A stretch of 64,000 nucleotides of DNA. It comes from Bugula neritina (taxonomy: Eukaryota; Animalia; Bryozoa). Made by a program: the position numbers and the translations under genes. Positions 20,803 to 34,194 of the stretch are shown one piece after another. Position 1 is the stretch's first letter, and every line of letters begins with the position of its first letter. The notes beneath the pieces are model-generated. The model had not been told where the DNA came from and made no database searches. It saw only the letters and a program-made list of their open reading frames with translations. The stretch spans positions 9,888,633 through 9,952,632 of the forward strand of contig OZ037769.1 in the NCBI GenBank assembly GCA_964035545.1, written 5' to 3'.

Positions 20803-21947
20803 TCAAGCGCTTCCTTTCATTTGGGCTACCGAGGCAGAGAGAGCCCGGAGTTCAGATGCGGCGGCAGAGATTCTCGGTGCCAACCTTTGCACTTCTTTCT
20901 CTAGATCCCGTATCCGTTCTTCTGCTTCTCTTAGGTTCCGGGCGGGGGCAGAGTGTCGGTTGGGAGACGAAGATGGCCAACGTCGTTTACGGGAGGGCCT
21001 GGGAGAGACGGGAGGAGAGAGACGCCATCGCTGTGGCACTTCGATGCGTCGTAGCACGACTCTGGGTATGGAGTCGGGGCGGGGCACTGTGCGTGCGGGG
21101 GGTGATGAACGGGGCATGGGTGGTCTCTTATATCCGGGTGGTTTAGGGCAGTGTCCTTGCGTGATGGCCTTGGGTGCGGGGAACTCCTGACGCAGCCGTT
21201 CGTAGCGAGTCGGGTCTGATATGAAGGGTCGGATGAGATCAAGGAAGTGTGGAAAGGAGTGTTCGTCAACTTCATAGAGATGTCCAATGTGACATCCCAT
21301 GGTTCGCTGGTGACGGAGGATGTAGTCCCTGTGGTAACTATATTCACCACAGGGACAAAAGGTGGTGACATAATGTTGGGGGACGTGGACCCGGAGTCGG
21401 CGAGGGGTGGTGAAATGGAGTTGGCACAAGCGGCAGGTGGTGCATTGGTCATCGCCTTTAGATTCTTGAATAAGTGCTTCCGTGTCTTGGGTAACCCAGC
21501 ATGACTGGCTTAAAAGTGGTTCTGGCAGTGTGACGGGGGCAGGTTCCTCATCCCAAGCCATCTCTAATGGTTGTGTGTCACGGGGAAGAGGAGAGGGAGT
21601 GATATCTAAAAGAGCAGAATTATTGTTAGATCGAGTGTGATCTTTACACCATAATTCTGATGACAACCGACTGTTCCTAGTCTGAGAGTCATACATCTTT
21701 TTAGATGGCACTCGAGGGACTGTGTCGTGGGGTGTAGACTGACCGAGCGACATAACGTCAAGCTCCAGATCTAGTAGATCATCGGCCATTGTTATGTTCT
21801 CGTCCCCTTTCACGTAAGACTCAGTCCCCAGTAGTTGTGATTCAATCAGGGCGATTAAATCAGAACTAACTGATGGTAGACCTGATTCCATGAGTGGGAA
21901 TGTTAGGTCAAAGCAAGCTTACCTGAGAACCCGGTATTTGTAATCAT
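20803..21947 (-). CDS. Accessory zinc-finger/coiled-coil protein (ORF3) of copy C; spliced 21947-21923 + 21605-20803 (275 aa) or unspliced 21891-20803 (362 aa)
   Basis: CRLCQLHFTTPRRLRVHVPQHYVTTFCPCGEYSYHRDYILRHQRTMGC and RNLREAEERIRDLEKEVQRLAP. Donor TCAG|GTAAGC; acceptor CTAAC...TTCTGCTCTTTTAG|. Confidence 0.88.
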
Positions 21948-24593
21948 ACTCAGCGTTCAAGCTTGGATGTCCGTGGATTGAGTTTGGATGCGTCTGCCTT
22001 TGACAACGTCAGCGTACGAAAAGGCTGGGCAGCGTGGTTGTTGCGCACGGCTAGAACTATTTGCCCCGGGCGTAGTAGTTTTGTTTACTACTCCGCCTTC
22101 GCAAAAGTTGAGATTCCGTGGTGTTCACAACTCCCATGCTTTGCTGCCAGTCCTTCCGTACGGCGCCCAGCTAGACTTTCGTAACTGCCGTTTGTAACGC
22201 GGTCACATACGAAGTCTTTCAAGTATGCTGGGGGTTGTCTAGTACGCTGTCCCCGTTCCAAGGGAGGTGACGTATTAGCTGGGGAGGAGGGTGTAGTTGT
22301 TGGTCGGGGCGGTGTACTCACTGGTGGGCTATTTTGTTCCACTTGTGGTGTTTCCGGCCCGTCGTTGGTGATGGCATTTCCCTCTCCGCTGTCACCGGAT
22401 GGAGCCCCTCCCACGGGGGGGGGGGGTTTTGCACTTCCAGACGCGGATGCGGATCCGGAAGTGGTGGGGGTAGACTTGGTATTGGGGGCGGTGGGCGCAC
22501 TTCCGTTGATGGGAGTGGCGTTTCTTGCCTCACCAAGTCCTCCTCCCGCGGCACAACCACTTCGTATTCTGGTCCATGCCGTTGTCGCCCGCGCGTTGCT
22601 GTCTGCCTCCTGGGCTCCAACAACGGAGGGGGGCTGCTCCTGCTGCTCCTGGGCTGGCCCAATACGGTTTCAAGCGAGCTTCATTCTGGACAGAGACCTG
22701 TCCAGAGCGCTCCAACTTGTACGTATGATTGGGCATCGCCTCGACTACTACGTAGGGTTCCACGAACTTAGGTTGGAGCTTAGCCGCTTGTCCTCGACGC
22801 CTACGGTAGTTGATCCTCCACACCCAGTCCCCAGTTTAATAGAGGGGTGGTTCCTGAGAGTCCTCCTGCCGTACCTGCCACTGCTTTGCTCGCAGTATTT
22901 CGTGTGCGGCTCTCAGGTCCTCTATCAATTTGCTGGCATACTCGTGGATGGTATAGTCTTGCTCTGGGATGTGGTATGTGAGGTGGTCGGGCACTCGCGT
23001 CTCTCGACCAAGCATCAGGAGGTTAGGGGTTTCCCCCGTACTGGTGTGTAGTGTACTACGATAGGCCCGCATGACTTGCGGTAGTGCCGTATCCCATTCC
23101 TCCTGACCCCGGCCGAGGAGCAGACTGCGGAGTGCTTCGCCCAACATGCGGTTGTTGCGTTCTACCACCCTGTTGCCCTGAGGATGGTATGGAGTGGTCC
23201 TGCTTTGGTTTACTCCCCAGAGGCGGCAGAGGTCGCTCAACAGTTGAGACTGGAATTGAACTCCCTGATCCGAATGTATCTGTTCGGGTAGTCCGAGGTA
23301 GCAGAATACATTTTAGTCTAGCACCCTGGCCACCGTCGGGGCGGACGCATCTGGAATAGCCAGGGCGTCCGCCCACCGTGTAAAGTGGTCGGTTAATACT
23401 AGTATCCAACTGTTTCCTCTGGGGGTGAGGGGCATGGGTCCGACTAGGTCAACAGCTACCACCTGCCATGGCCTTCCAGCATATAGCCTACGCCGTCCCG
23501 CTTCGCCAGGGAGACGGCCATGCTTGCTGGCCTGGCAGATTTCGCATTGTTTGACTCTAAGCCATACATCACGCTCCATGCCGGGCCAGTACCACCGGAG
23601 CTGTAACTTGGAGAGCACCCTTTTTACCCCGGCGTGGGCCTGTTTGTGGGTGTCCCATACTAACTCCCGGCGTATGGCGGCTGGGCAGATCACCCTCTCT
23701 CTCCCGTACTGGCTGTTGTAGGCGGCCACTGTGATGGTCAGCAGACCATCTGGCCCGATCCGCAGGGAGTCCCAACGTTGGCAGTATAACCGTAACTCGG
23801 TGCATCCCTGCCGCAGTTGTTCTTCGCTGGGTTGTCGCCCCTCTTTTTTGGCCCGATACACGTCGGCTACTACTCCGGGGAGGTCCTCTAGGAGTCTTCG
23901 TAGCTCTCTGACGTTATCAGCCAAGACAGGATTGGCACGGAGGCTTTGGATAGTCTCCGGGGGCGTAGTGGCCTTCTGTAGGAGTTGACCCTGGTCCTAG
24001 TTATACTCTTTTCCAGGGTGGTCCAGTGCCCTCAACTCGGATTTTGGGGGACCCCCATCCCTCTTCTCGATGTTGAGGCACTGTTTGCACCCCTCGTCCG
24101 GCCGCCGACTCAGTCCGTCAGCATTGCCGTGCTTCTTACCGGGCCGATGCTCGATCCGGTAAGAACTCGGCCAGGACCTCGAGCCATCAGGCGACTTGGC
24201 TGGACAGTTCTGCTCTTTTGCACAATCAAATCAAGGAGGCGTGGTCGGTCCGCAAGCGGAACTTCCTGCCGTATAGATAAGGTCTAAAATGCTTCACCGA
24301 CTTGATTACTGCCAGCAGTTCCTTTCGGGTAGTGCAGTAATTTCGTTTGGTGGGTGAGAGAGACTTGCTGTAGTAGGCCACGACTACTTCGCGGCCCTCC
24401 TGCACCTGGGACAGCACAGCGCCGACGTTTTGGTCACTGGCGTCGGTATCTAGGATATACTCCAGGGCAGGGTCTAGGTAGGCTAAGATAGGGGCCTCTA
24501 GTAGGCGGCCCTTGAGGCAGTCAAACGCTCTCTGTTCGACGGGAGTCCACTGCAAGGTCACCCCCTTTGCAGTGAGCCGATTTAACGGCTGCG

Positions 24594-24597
<4 letters not shown>
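21948..24597 (-). pseudogene. Disrupted pol of copy C
   Basis: RNase H and integrase motifs split over several ORFs by stops and frameshifts. Confidence 0.9.

Positions 24598-24657
<60 letters not shown>
24595..24657. repeat. (TA)n microsatellite
   Basis: About 31 TA units. Confidence 0.97.
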
Positions 24658-24662
<5 letters not shown>

Positions 24663-24689
24663 GAAGAAGTAAAATGAGATTTGATTAAT

Positions 24690-24760
24690 ATAATGGCATT
24701 TATTACTAGTAGTTTCGTACACAAGAACGATGTGCACTCGTCAGATAAATTAGCCATTAT
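24690..24760 (-). ncRNA. Type I hammerhead ribozyme motif
   Basis: Minus strand: AUAAUGGC-UA-AUUUAU CUGACGA GUGCACA-UCGUUCU-UGUGUAC GAAA CUACUAG UA AUAAAU-GCCAUUAU. Full core, 7-bp stem II, bulged 6+8-bp stem I, short stem III, GUA cleavage triplet. Confidence 0.8.
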
Positions 24761-24892
24761 ACTGTTTGACCTGCGTGATATATAAAATAAGATTATCCCC
24801 CTAAGTTTCAATAATTTACAATAACTGCCACTCTCTATTCTTTGTGTCATGCATAACGTCTAACGTGACATATTATTTTTTGAATTTCATTC

Positions 24893-24941
24893 ATTGCTAC
24901 TCTGAAGATGGGTACAGTGGTACCCGAAATATCAGTGTAAT
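24893..24941 (+). ncRNA. Minimal hammerhead ribozyme motif (Penelope-like type)
   Basis: AUUGCUACU CUGAAGA U GGGUAC-AGUG-GUACCC GAAA UAUC AGUGUAAU. Palindromic AUAU replaces stem III; AATAAA lies just downstream. Confidence 0.7.
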
Positions 24942-26009
24942 TACTTTACCTAATAAAGTAATAAATAACAATGTTTCTCGTATACCTATTTATAATATAT
25001 ATATATATATATATTATACATGTCAAATAGTTACTACAAATTTCAAAAATAGCATAACTTAAGTAGTATTACCGTGTTTTTTTGCATCCTATTTACTAGT
25101 CTTACATTTATAGCAACTGTAACGTATTTTGTGTAAAATGGTTATTGCAAGCATAATTCAATTCATATTCACATTGTAATCACAGCGAAGCCTAAACTTT
25201 ATAGCTTTATATTGACGTGCATGATTGAGTTTTAATTTTTTTTTAATTTTATGTGTAATAAAAGTGTCTTTAAAAACTTTATTAATAAATAAAACTAAAA
25301 AAAATGTACACATAAAATAGAAAAATAAATAAATAAAAACAGTGGCAAAATTTTCTTCTCTAATTTATGTAAACTCGCGGTACCAATTTTGGCATAATGG
25401 CGCTCATATGGTTCCGTAAGATTTCCCAATATCAACACTCCCAATATATACCACTCTGCGCTCGAAACGCTATTAAAAATGAAAAAAGTGTGCTCGCTTA
25501 TTATTACATGATAATGAGCCAATTAGATCAAACAAGACGCACGCAAACCCTGCTCATGATTATCAATTAAAGGTATAAAAGTCGTTTCTCGAACGTCACG
25601 AACGTGTAAAACGCGTCGTGTGGCCCTACACTAACCCGTAACTGCACACTGACCCCAAGCTCAACCCAAGGCCACATTATAATTATATATTACTCGGTGA
25701 GTTTACGATACCCAAAATCATAAAAACCCACCATAACAGTTATGATTTAATCATTTATGCATTTTTTATAAATTTATAATCATAATGATAATGAATGAGA
25801 CTCGGAGTCAGTGGTACACCGCAGCCAACTGTAAATGACATTACAATAGTGGAAATTCATAACTATAGTCCTAGAACATACTCATAATGATAATGATTAT
25901 GATGCGATCATAATCATAATGATGATGTAATAATAAAAATAATATAAAATTAAATACGGTGAGTCTTGCTTTTTTAGTCTTTGTCGAACAATAACATTCA
26001 GCGTGTGAC

Positions 26010-26278
26010 GGGTGTGACTAAATGGGTGACCACCCGGTGTCGCGGTCCGTGACACCCTTTTTAGTCATAAGGGGTGTTGACTAAAATGGGTGTCGTGAAT
26101 AATTTCCTTTTTATTTTCAGATTTTTAGACATTTGTAGCCGCTGATATCGTTATTAAATATATCTACAGTGAATAATGAGCATTTCACAATCGCTTAAAC
26201 CAAAAAACATGAAAAAATAATGATTAAATTAAATTAATTTCAACAAGAAATAAACCCGATAAGAGTTATCTTTCCTTA
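26010..26278 (+). repeat. Orphan copy of one arm of the foldback element at 39348-41031
   Basis: GGGTGTGACTAAA..GGGTG..CCACC..GCGGTCCGTGACACCC... is collinear with 39348-39620. Confidence 0.8.
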
Positions 26279-26837
26279 TAATATAGCTAGCATATTATAT
26301 TTCCAACATGAAACTAGAGTTGGAGTAGGTGTGATTTAGGAAGCCATCACAATTAATTTTGTTGTTACTTATTTCAAGTTACTGTTCCTGCAAAATTCTA
26401 TTAACTACAAAGCTTCACAGTGCCATACTTTCTCTCCGAGTGTCATACTTTTAATATAACTATAAGCAAATAAAATATTATTATACATTTTGTATGTTGA
26501 GTTAAATTTAATCATAATGATTATCATCATGATAATTTTAAAATTAAATGATTGCTGTTGATGATGTTATGGTGATGATGATAATCTTCAGCATGATAAA
26601 ATTAAGTGTTCAATAATCATAATGAGAATGACAATCATAAGCCTAAGAGTAATCATAACTATTATTTTTATTTTAACTTTCATTTTGATTTGGTTGTACT
26701 TGTAATTTGAGTGAGACTAAGAGTAAAAGTAATCATAAAATTAAATGGTTCAACTAACAGTTAGTGCTACACTTACTTGTTACTAAGTCAGTTGCTGTAG
26801 ATCAAGATGAAGATGTAACACCAACTAACACTGACAG

Positions 26838-26895
26838 TCTCTCCCTCCCTCCCTCCCTCCCTCCCTCCCTCCCTCCCTCCCTCTCTCTCTCTCTC
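26838..26895. repeat. (CCCT)n/(CT)n microsatellite at the LINE 3' end
   Basis: Read directly from the sequence. Confidence 0.9.
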
Positions 26896-29800
26896 AGTAG
26901 AGTATTAGTATGATGTCTGCCTACAGCTGTTTGTGAGTAGCTTGATGACTACTGAGTCCTATCAGTGATCTGCATATGCAGTCACAGCGAAATCATTTGA
27001 GGTCATCACTCGGTGTGTCTATAGAGCTAAGCCTTCTTGCGGCCAGCTCTAAGTTCGTCTCTGTGTCGCATTCTTTCCTCTTTAAAGATTTGCATGCATT
27101 TATGAACCATAGATCTCCATTTGGTCCTCCTTGCGGCATTTCATTCCCAGGTCTCTGTTCTGATGTGAGAGCATTTCATACTGTCTTTGAGACAGTCTTT
27201 AAAGCACTTCCTCTGTTCTCCTTGCAATCTTTTACCTATTTGTAGCTCCCCATAAAAGATCTGTTTAGAAAGTCTGTGTCCTTTCATTCTCACTAAATGT
27301 CCCGACCAACGAAGTCTGTTCTTGATGGTGAAGCTTTCAAGGCTTGGAATATTTGTTTGTTGGTATACGCTGTTATTAGTGCGCTTGTCAGTCCATTTGA
27401 TGTCCAGTATTCCTCGCAATTTCCTCACGTGATGATTTTCTAGCTTTTTTATATCAGTACTGTAGGTAGCTCGTGTCTCAGTTGCATACAGAAGTGTTGG
27501 TATGATGACAGCCTTGTTCACTTTCAGCTTTGTGCTTACCTGCAGGTTGGAATTGTCAAAGACACTCTGCCTCAGCTTGCTGTAAGCAATACTAGCAGCT
27601 TAAAGACGTCTGTCAATCTCTCTCCTCAGTCTGGCCTTTGATGACAAGTTGCTTCTTAAGTACACAAAATCGTCAACAGGGCACAGTGTTTCACCCCCAG
27701 CAACAATAGTGGGAGGGTCAACATTTTTTCCTGGTTTTGGTTGGCAGATAACTTGTGTCTTCTTCGCATTTAGCTTCAGTTCAAGAGAGTTGTAAGCCTT
27801 CTCGAATGCAGTCATGGCAGCTTGAAGATGTTTTTCAGAATCCACCACTAGAGCATTGTCATCAGCATACTGCAACTCAAGGACTGATGTCTCTGATGTT
27901 AGTGTCTTGGCACGCAGTCTTTACAGGTTAAACAGGTCCCCGATATAGTTTAGTCCGATGCCTGTAGGAAGTTCTTGTTTCACAAGGTACAGCACAGCAA
28001 ACAAGTAGATAGAGAACAGCATTGGAGCTATAACACAGCCCTCTTTTACACCAGTTTGCACCTTGAAAGATTCTGATTTTTGGCCATTAACTAGGACAGA
28101 TGCTTCCATCTGATCATAAAGGAGACGGACCATTGTCAAAAACTTCAGGGGACATCCAATCTTTCCAAGTATGGTCTAGAGCAGGGGTGTCCAACCTTTT
28201 CAAACTGAGGGCCACAGAAATAGAATATTTCATGGTGAGGGCCACATTGTAAGCTTCAGCTTGTGCTGGGGGCCACAGCATTAGTATTTTTCAAACTACT
28301 TTATTCCAAAACTTTATGAATCATTACACAATTAAGTCTCAATAGTTACTGCCAGCTGCATTTTTTGTGTTATTTGTATAAATAAGGCATTTAAAAGATG
28401 GCTTTTCACTTTAATTCATGTAAACAGTGAAAAATTATTTTAGCTTTATGCCTTCGAGGGCCACATAAATGTAGGCTGGGGGCCACATCCGGCCCTAGGG
28501 CCGCCTGTTGGACAGCCCTGGTCTAGAGGGATATTTTGTCCACAGTATCAAAAGCTTTTGTCAGACCGATGAAGGCCATGTACAGGTCCTGATGCTGTTC
28601 TCTACACTTTTCCTGGATCTGCCTTGCAGTAAAGATCATATCTACTGTGCCTCTATCTGGTCGGAAGACGCACTAAGATTCGGGGAGAATGTCTTCTGTT
28701 ATGTGTGAAAGTCTTGTACATAAAATCCTGGCTAAGATTTTACCAGCTGTCGATAGGAGAGATATGCCTCTGTAGTTACCACAAAGTTTCACCCTTTTTG
28801 AAAATAGTCACAATCAGTGCGTCACGTAGATCGTCTCTATACTCTCAGTTGTCCAGATACGCAAGAATAGCTTGTGCAGTCTTCTGCTGAGTTCAGAGCA
28901 TCCATGTTTGAAGACCTCGGCAGGTATTACATCAGCACCAGCAGCTTTCCCACATTTCATCGCTTTTAATGCAGATTTCAATTCCAGAAAAGATGGCTCT
29001 TTTGACATCTGGTCATGGTACTGCAGCTGAGGGAGCTTGTGCAGAACTGTATCGTCAACCGTAGAGGTCTGGGTTCAGGAGGCACGAAAAATATTCTTTC
29101 CAATGTTGCCTGATATCATCCTTATCCTTGTAAAGTACACCGTCCTTGTCCTTGACTGAAGCTGATCCTCGAGATGTTGGTCCATACAGCTTCCTGGTTT
29201 CTGCAAAAAACTCTCGGGTTTTGTTTTGAATTGCTAAGTTCTGCAATTCCATTGATTTTTCAGTTCACCAGTCATTCTGCATCTTCTGAATACGTCTCTG
29301 TACATTTGCTCTCACTGCATGGTACGCCTGCTTCTTATCTTTATTCCTGAAGTCATCTTGCCATGCTGAAAATTATACTCGCTTCTGAGCCAGGAGTTGT
29401 TCAATTACATGATCATCTTCATCAAACCAGTCCTGGTGAAGTCTCTTCGAGTTACCTAGCACAGCTTTACAAGTCTCGGTGATACAGCCCTTCAGGCAGG
29501 TCCAATTAGTGTCAACATCTGGGTCCTCGGGTAGGTCTTTCAGTTTTTCGGTAATCTTAGTCTCAAGGTTTTGTCTCACTGCCGGTTGTTGCAGGAGTCT
29601 GACATTGAACTGTGGTAGTGATGTGTGTTTTACTCGGCAGTATGTGAGCTAAATTGAGAAGCTCAACAAAGCTTTTACAAGTCTATGGTCTGTCCAGCAG
29701 CTGTCTGATGAATCGATAGCCTTCGTAATCTTCACATCAGCCAAATCTCTGCATCTGGTGATTGTGTAGTCTATTGGGTGCCAGTGACCAAAACGTGGGT

Positions 29801-30900
29801 GTCTTCAGGAAGTTTTACGCCTATTCTTCTGTCTGGACATGGTGTTTGTGATAACAAGTCCAAGTTATGCACATTTGCTGAGAAGCATCCGATCATTTGC
29901 ATTCACATTATCGATACCGTCTTTGCCGATAACCGTTTCCAAGTCTCATTGTCAGTACCAACTCTTGCGTTGAAGTCTCCCAGTAGAACAACCTTGTCAG
30001 CAATCGGGATCTGTGACACTGCGTGATCAAGAGCTGAATAGAATAGCTCCTTGTCAGCCTGTTCAGCCAAAAGCGTTTGAGCATATGCGCTGACCAGAGT
30101 AGCTTTCCTGTTATTTCCAATGTTTATCTGCAGAGTCATCAGTCAATCCGAGATTCCAACAGGAAGATGATCCATGTGCTTTCCCAGTTTATTCTTGACA
30201 GCAAAACCCACTCCATACAGCCTGTGGTCATCTGCCTCCTTTCGTTTCTAATAGAATGTATAGCCGCCGTGGACCTCAGTCAACTGACCCTCATCTGCGA
30301 GTCTAGTCTCTTGAAGTGCAGCGATTTCAATGTTCAGTCTTCTGAGTTCACGCGCCACAAATGCAGTACGCCTCACAGGTCTGTTACTGCTCCTATTGTC
30401 CATAAGTGTTCAAACGTTCCATGTTGCCAATACCATATGTTGTTATCTACCCCATGAAGGTGAACGATGTAGTTGCGGCATTCCAGCCAGGTTGAGGTTG
30501 AACAGACCATGTCTGGGACACATTTTATAGCCCCTTCCTCAGATTGAGGTGAGCAGGGCGGTCTCTAGAAAGGGCTGCTCAGTCGTCAAAGCCACTACCG
30601 AACATCTCTCCTGTCCAATCCAAGAGATGAGCAACTGATAAGCTTTCACCGCCTATGGGCTAGTTGGGAGCTGAAGATTTCTAGACTTCACTACCCTGTC
30701 CCAACCTTTTAATCGCCATAGGGCTTTGTGTGGGTGTTTGCAGGCAGAATGTTGTGTGTGGATTAAAGTGGTTCTCATGATGCACTACAGAGACCCACTG
30801 ACTTGGCTTGTCATACCCTGATCCAATGACAAGGATACCTCGACAATTGGGAATATAATAAGTTGCAATGGACAACCGTTAGTCTGTAATTATTGGTATT
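26896..30900 (-). mobile_element. RTE-clade (BovB-like) LINE, near full length and degraded; 5' boundary approximate
   Basis: AP-endonuclease motifs (LATWNV, SAYA, LGDFNARVG), RT motifs (TGVKEGCVIAP, QYADD), RWSGHLVRM..IFYGEL and a C-terminal CRSLIGLSSH; many stops and frameshifts. Confidence 0.9.
28182..28520. mobile_element. hAT (Charlie-like) MITE inserted in the LINE RT region
   Basis: TIRs CAGGGGTGTCCAAC / GTTGGACAGCCCTG; 8-bp TSD GTCTAGAG (28174-28181, 28521-28528). Confidence 0.93.
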
Positions 30901-33900
30901 GCTGTCGGGATTCCATGGGCCGGAGATGTTTCTTGGTGGATATTGTTTTAAGTTCCTCCAGGTCCCTCTAAAAGAGGAGTTGTCGGTTTAGTCGCAGACG
31001 GCCTGACCCATGTAACAGGTAGCACTGGATTACATGGTTACCAGTAGCAGGTTGGCGATCAACCTGACCTGACAGTCACTGTGACTGTGTCAAGCGAGAC
31101 TGTTGGTCTAAACTTTGTCTCACTTTGAGCCGCACATCACGCCCCATCTTTGCCCAGTAACACTGGAGTGACAACTTAGCGAACACCCTATAGACTTCTG
31201 AATGAAGTTGCTTATGGGTGTCCAAAGATAACTCCCGGCAGATAGCAGCAGGGCAGACCACCCTCTCTCTCTCTGGGTGTCTGCCGTTGGCGGCCATTGT
31301 GGTAGTCAGGAGTTTATCCCCGTTGATCCGTAAGGAGTTCCAGCATTGACAGAATAGCCGGAACTCAGCGCATACCTACTTCAGCCGTTCTTCACTGGGC
31401 CGCCTCCCGTCGTTCTTGGCCCAGATACATCTGCTACCACTCTAGGAAAAGTTTTTCTCAGCTCAGAGACATTACCGGCTAAAATGGGGTCAGTGCGGAA
31501 AGTCTGTACAGCCTCCGCATTTTTGCCAGTCGCCGACATCAGCTGGCCGTGCTCTAAGCTCTACTCCACTCTGTTGCCAGGCGGTGTCTCCAACTTGAAC
31601 TGTAAGGGCCTACATCCTCCTTCTCGATGCCGAGACGCTGTCTGCATCCTCCATTAGGTTGCCGGCTCAGCCCGTCTGCATTGCCATGTTTCTTGCAGGG
31701 TTGATGTTCGATCTGGTAAGAAAACTCAGCTAAGATTTGAAGCCACGGTGCGACCTGGCTGGAAGGTTCGGCTTTTTTGCACAACCAAATCAATGAGGCA
31801 TGGTTCGTACACAGCTGAAACCTTCTGCAATAGAAATAAGGTCTAAAGTGTTTCACTGCTTCGATTACTGCTAAGAGCTCCTTCCTGGTGGTGCAGTAAT
31901 TCCTTTCAGTGGCGGAAAGAGACTTACTGTAGTAGGCTACTACCCTTTCTCAGCCCTCCTGCACTTGCGACAACACAGCACCGCCATTGTGGTCGCTGGT
32001 GTCCATATCCAAGATGTACTCCCAAGCCGAGTCGGGGTAGGCCAATACGGGCGTTTCAAGCAAGCAACCCTTGAAACGGTCAAACACCTGTTAATCGACC
32101 GGAGACTACTGCCAGAGAACCCCCTTTGCGGTGAGCAGATTTAACGGCTGCGTTATCCCCGCAAAGGTCTGGTATGTACTGCCAGTAGTACCCTACCAGA
32201 CCTAGGAATGCCTGGAGTCCGGTCAAAACCTTGGGGATGACCCAGTCTTCAGTTGCCCGTAATTTCTCGGGATTCGTCGCCACGCCATTTCAATGGACGA
32301 CGAACCCAGGTACTTAACCTACGCCTGTAACAGAGCGCACTAGAAGAGTTTCAGCTACAGACTGGCGCCTCTGAGTCGTTCGAAAACCTCCTTCAGACGG
32401 CTGAAATAAGTCGCAAAGTCTGGAAAAATCACGATGATGTCATCGAGGTAGATGAGCAGTGTCTTCCATTGCAGTCCGCTCATGACCCGCTCCATGGGTC
32501 TTTGAAAAGTGGCCGGGGCGGAGGTCAACTCAAACGACAGCACCTTCCATTTTCAGAGCCCGTCGCGCGTTATAAACGCAGCCTTATCCTGAGCATCAGT
32601 ACTAAGGGGGGGGCTGCTAGTACCTGCTTAGCAAGTCTAATGCACCGAAGTAGTTGCTACCGGCCAGGGCGTCTAGATTCATCAATGCCGGGAAGAGGGT
32701 ATACGTCCTGTATGATTACGCTATTGAGCTTGCAGTCATCCACAAAGAACCACCAACTCCGGTATTTCTTCCGGACCAAACAGACCGGCAAGCTCCATGC
32801 ACTGTGTGCTGGCTCTATGAGGCCACAGTCTGGCAGATCCCAAATTTGCCGACTTACCTCTTTTTCCAGCCCCAACCTACCTGTAGGTTGGCGGATTGTG
32901 ACCGTTCTCGCAGCCAGGGGAATCTCGTGGACAGCTTGCGTCAGGCCCACGTCATGGTCTCTGCTACTGAACATGTCCTTGTACTCCCGCAGCAATTTTG
33001 CCATGGCCAGGCGTTCCTCGTTGCTTGCGCAGCCCTGACAGGGCGCTTTGTACAAGTCCTTGACATGTGCTGGGACCAGCGCCGACCTTTCTGCTGAAGT
33101 CGACAGGGGTCATTCGTTGCCTCGCCCAACGACGGCCCCACATCTCCTTCCTTGACAGAGTGAAACCGGCCCACCATGGACCCAGCTGGCATATCCACCG
33201 ACTCCGTGAAGGGGTTGACGCGCTGCACTAAGATCTCTCCTCGCGCAGTCAACTGATTTAAGCTGCTGGCAAGTTGGATTTTATCAGGCGCGCCTTCCAC
33301 CACCCCTAGTTCTGGGATCCGCCTAATATTCACCCTGCAGTAGATAGTGGCTCGGAAGGGCCAGGTATCGTACAGCTCCATACTACCTGCCCACTTACCA
33401 CCAAGAGACGGCCGAACTTGTCAACACAGGTAAGTTCACACCCAGCCATAACCATCCCAGATTAGCTAAAGTCAATATGGCATTCGTGTCTTTTCAAGAA
33501 CGGCTTCCCGAGGATAGCATTGCCCTTGAGTTGACTGAAAATGAACGTCTCCCGGATGGCCTGATCCCGTACATGTCCCGTCAACTCAACTATACCATAA
33601 AAGGGAATATACGACCCATCGTGTTCCCGTCGTATGGTTCCAATCTAGCCTTATCTCTAGCGCTGATGGTGTCAACGAGCTGGCGACTTAGGAGGTTCGT
33701 AGTGCACCCCAAATCTGGCACGAAAGTGACAGCTTTACCGGCTACTTTACCTGGTAGGGAGTAGCTGTTTTCGAGGGGGGCGCACCTGCACTTCCCTAGT
33801 GCGCTCTCTCTCTCTGCAGGAGACGCCTCTTTCGCTTTGGGTTTCAGCCGAAGTAGCCTGCAACGGTTGTGGACATGCCTTCGAATGATAAGAAGTGTTC

Positions 33901-34194
33901 CACCTAGCTCCTGTTCCTCCTCAGACTCTGGTTCTGGCAACTCGAAGGTAGTAGGCCAGCTGTACAGCTTGCCTGTCCATTGTGGCACCTGCTACTTCCG
34001 CAAAGTTGTTTGTCTCGCCAGTACGTGCTGCTGACGGTTCCTCCACGCAGGGGGTCGTATTTCCGACCCGCAGCTGGCGGAAGTTCCTACGTTCCGCAAT
34101 AGTTTAACCCTCTCTGCATAGAGGAACCCTCCCTATGGGAGGGTTCGTGGCTACCACAATCCCAGCAAGTGCTAGCCCGATCCCTTGGCAACCT

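Larger units (their letters stand above)
20147..24597 (-). mobile_element. Ty3/Gypsy copy C, 5'-truncated: RNase H, integrase, ORF3 and 3' LTR
   Basis: 3' LTR 20147-20421 (TGTAGT...ACTACA), G-rich PPT 20422-20433, fragmented pol ORFs 22088-24561 close to B; breaks off at a (TA)n array. Confidence 0.93.
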
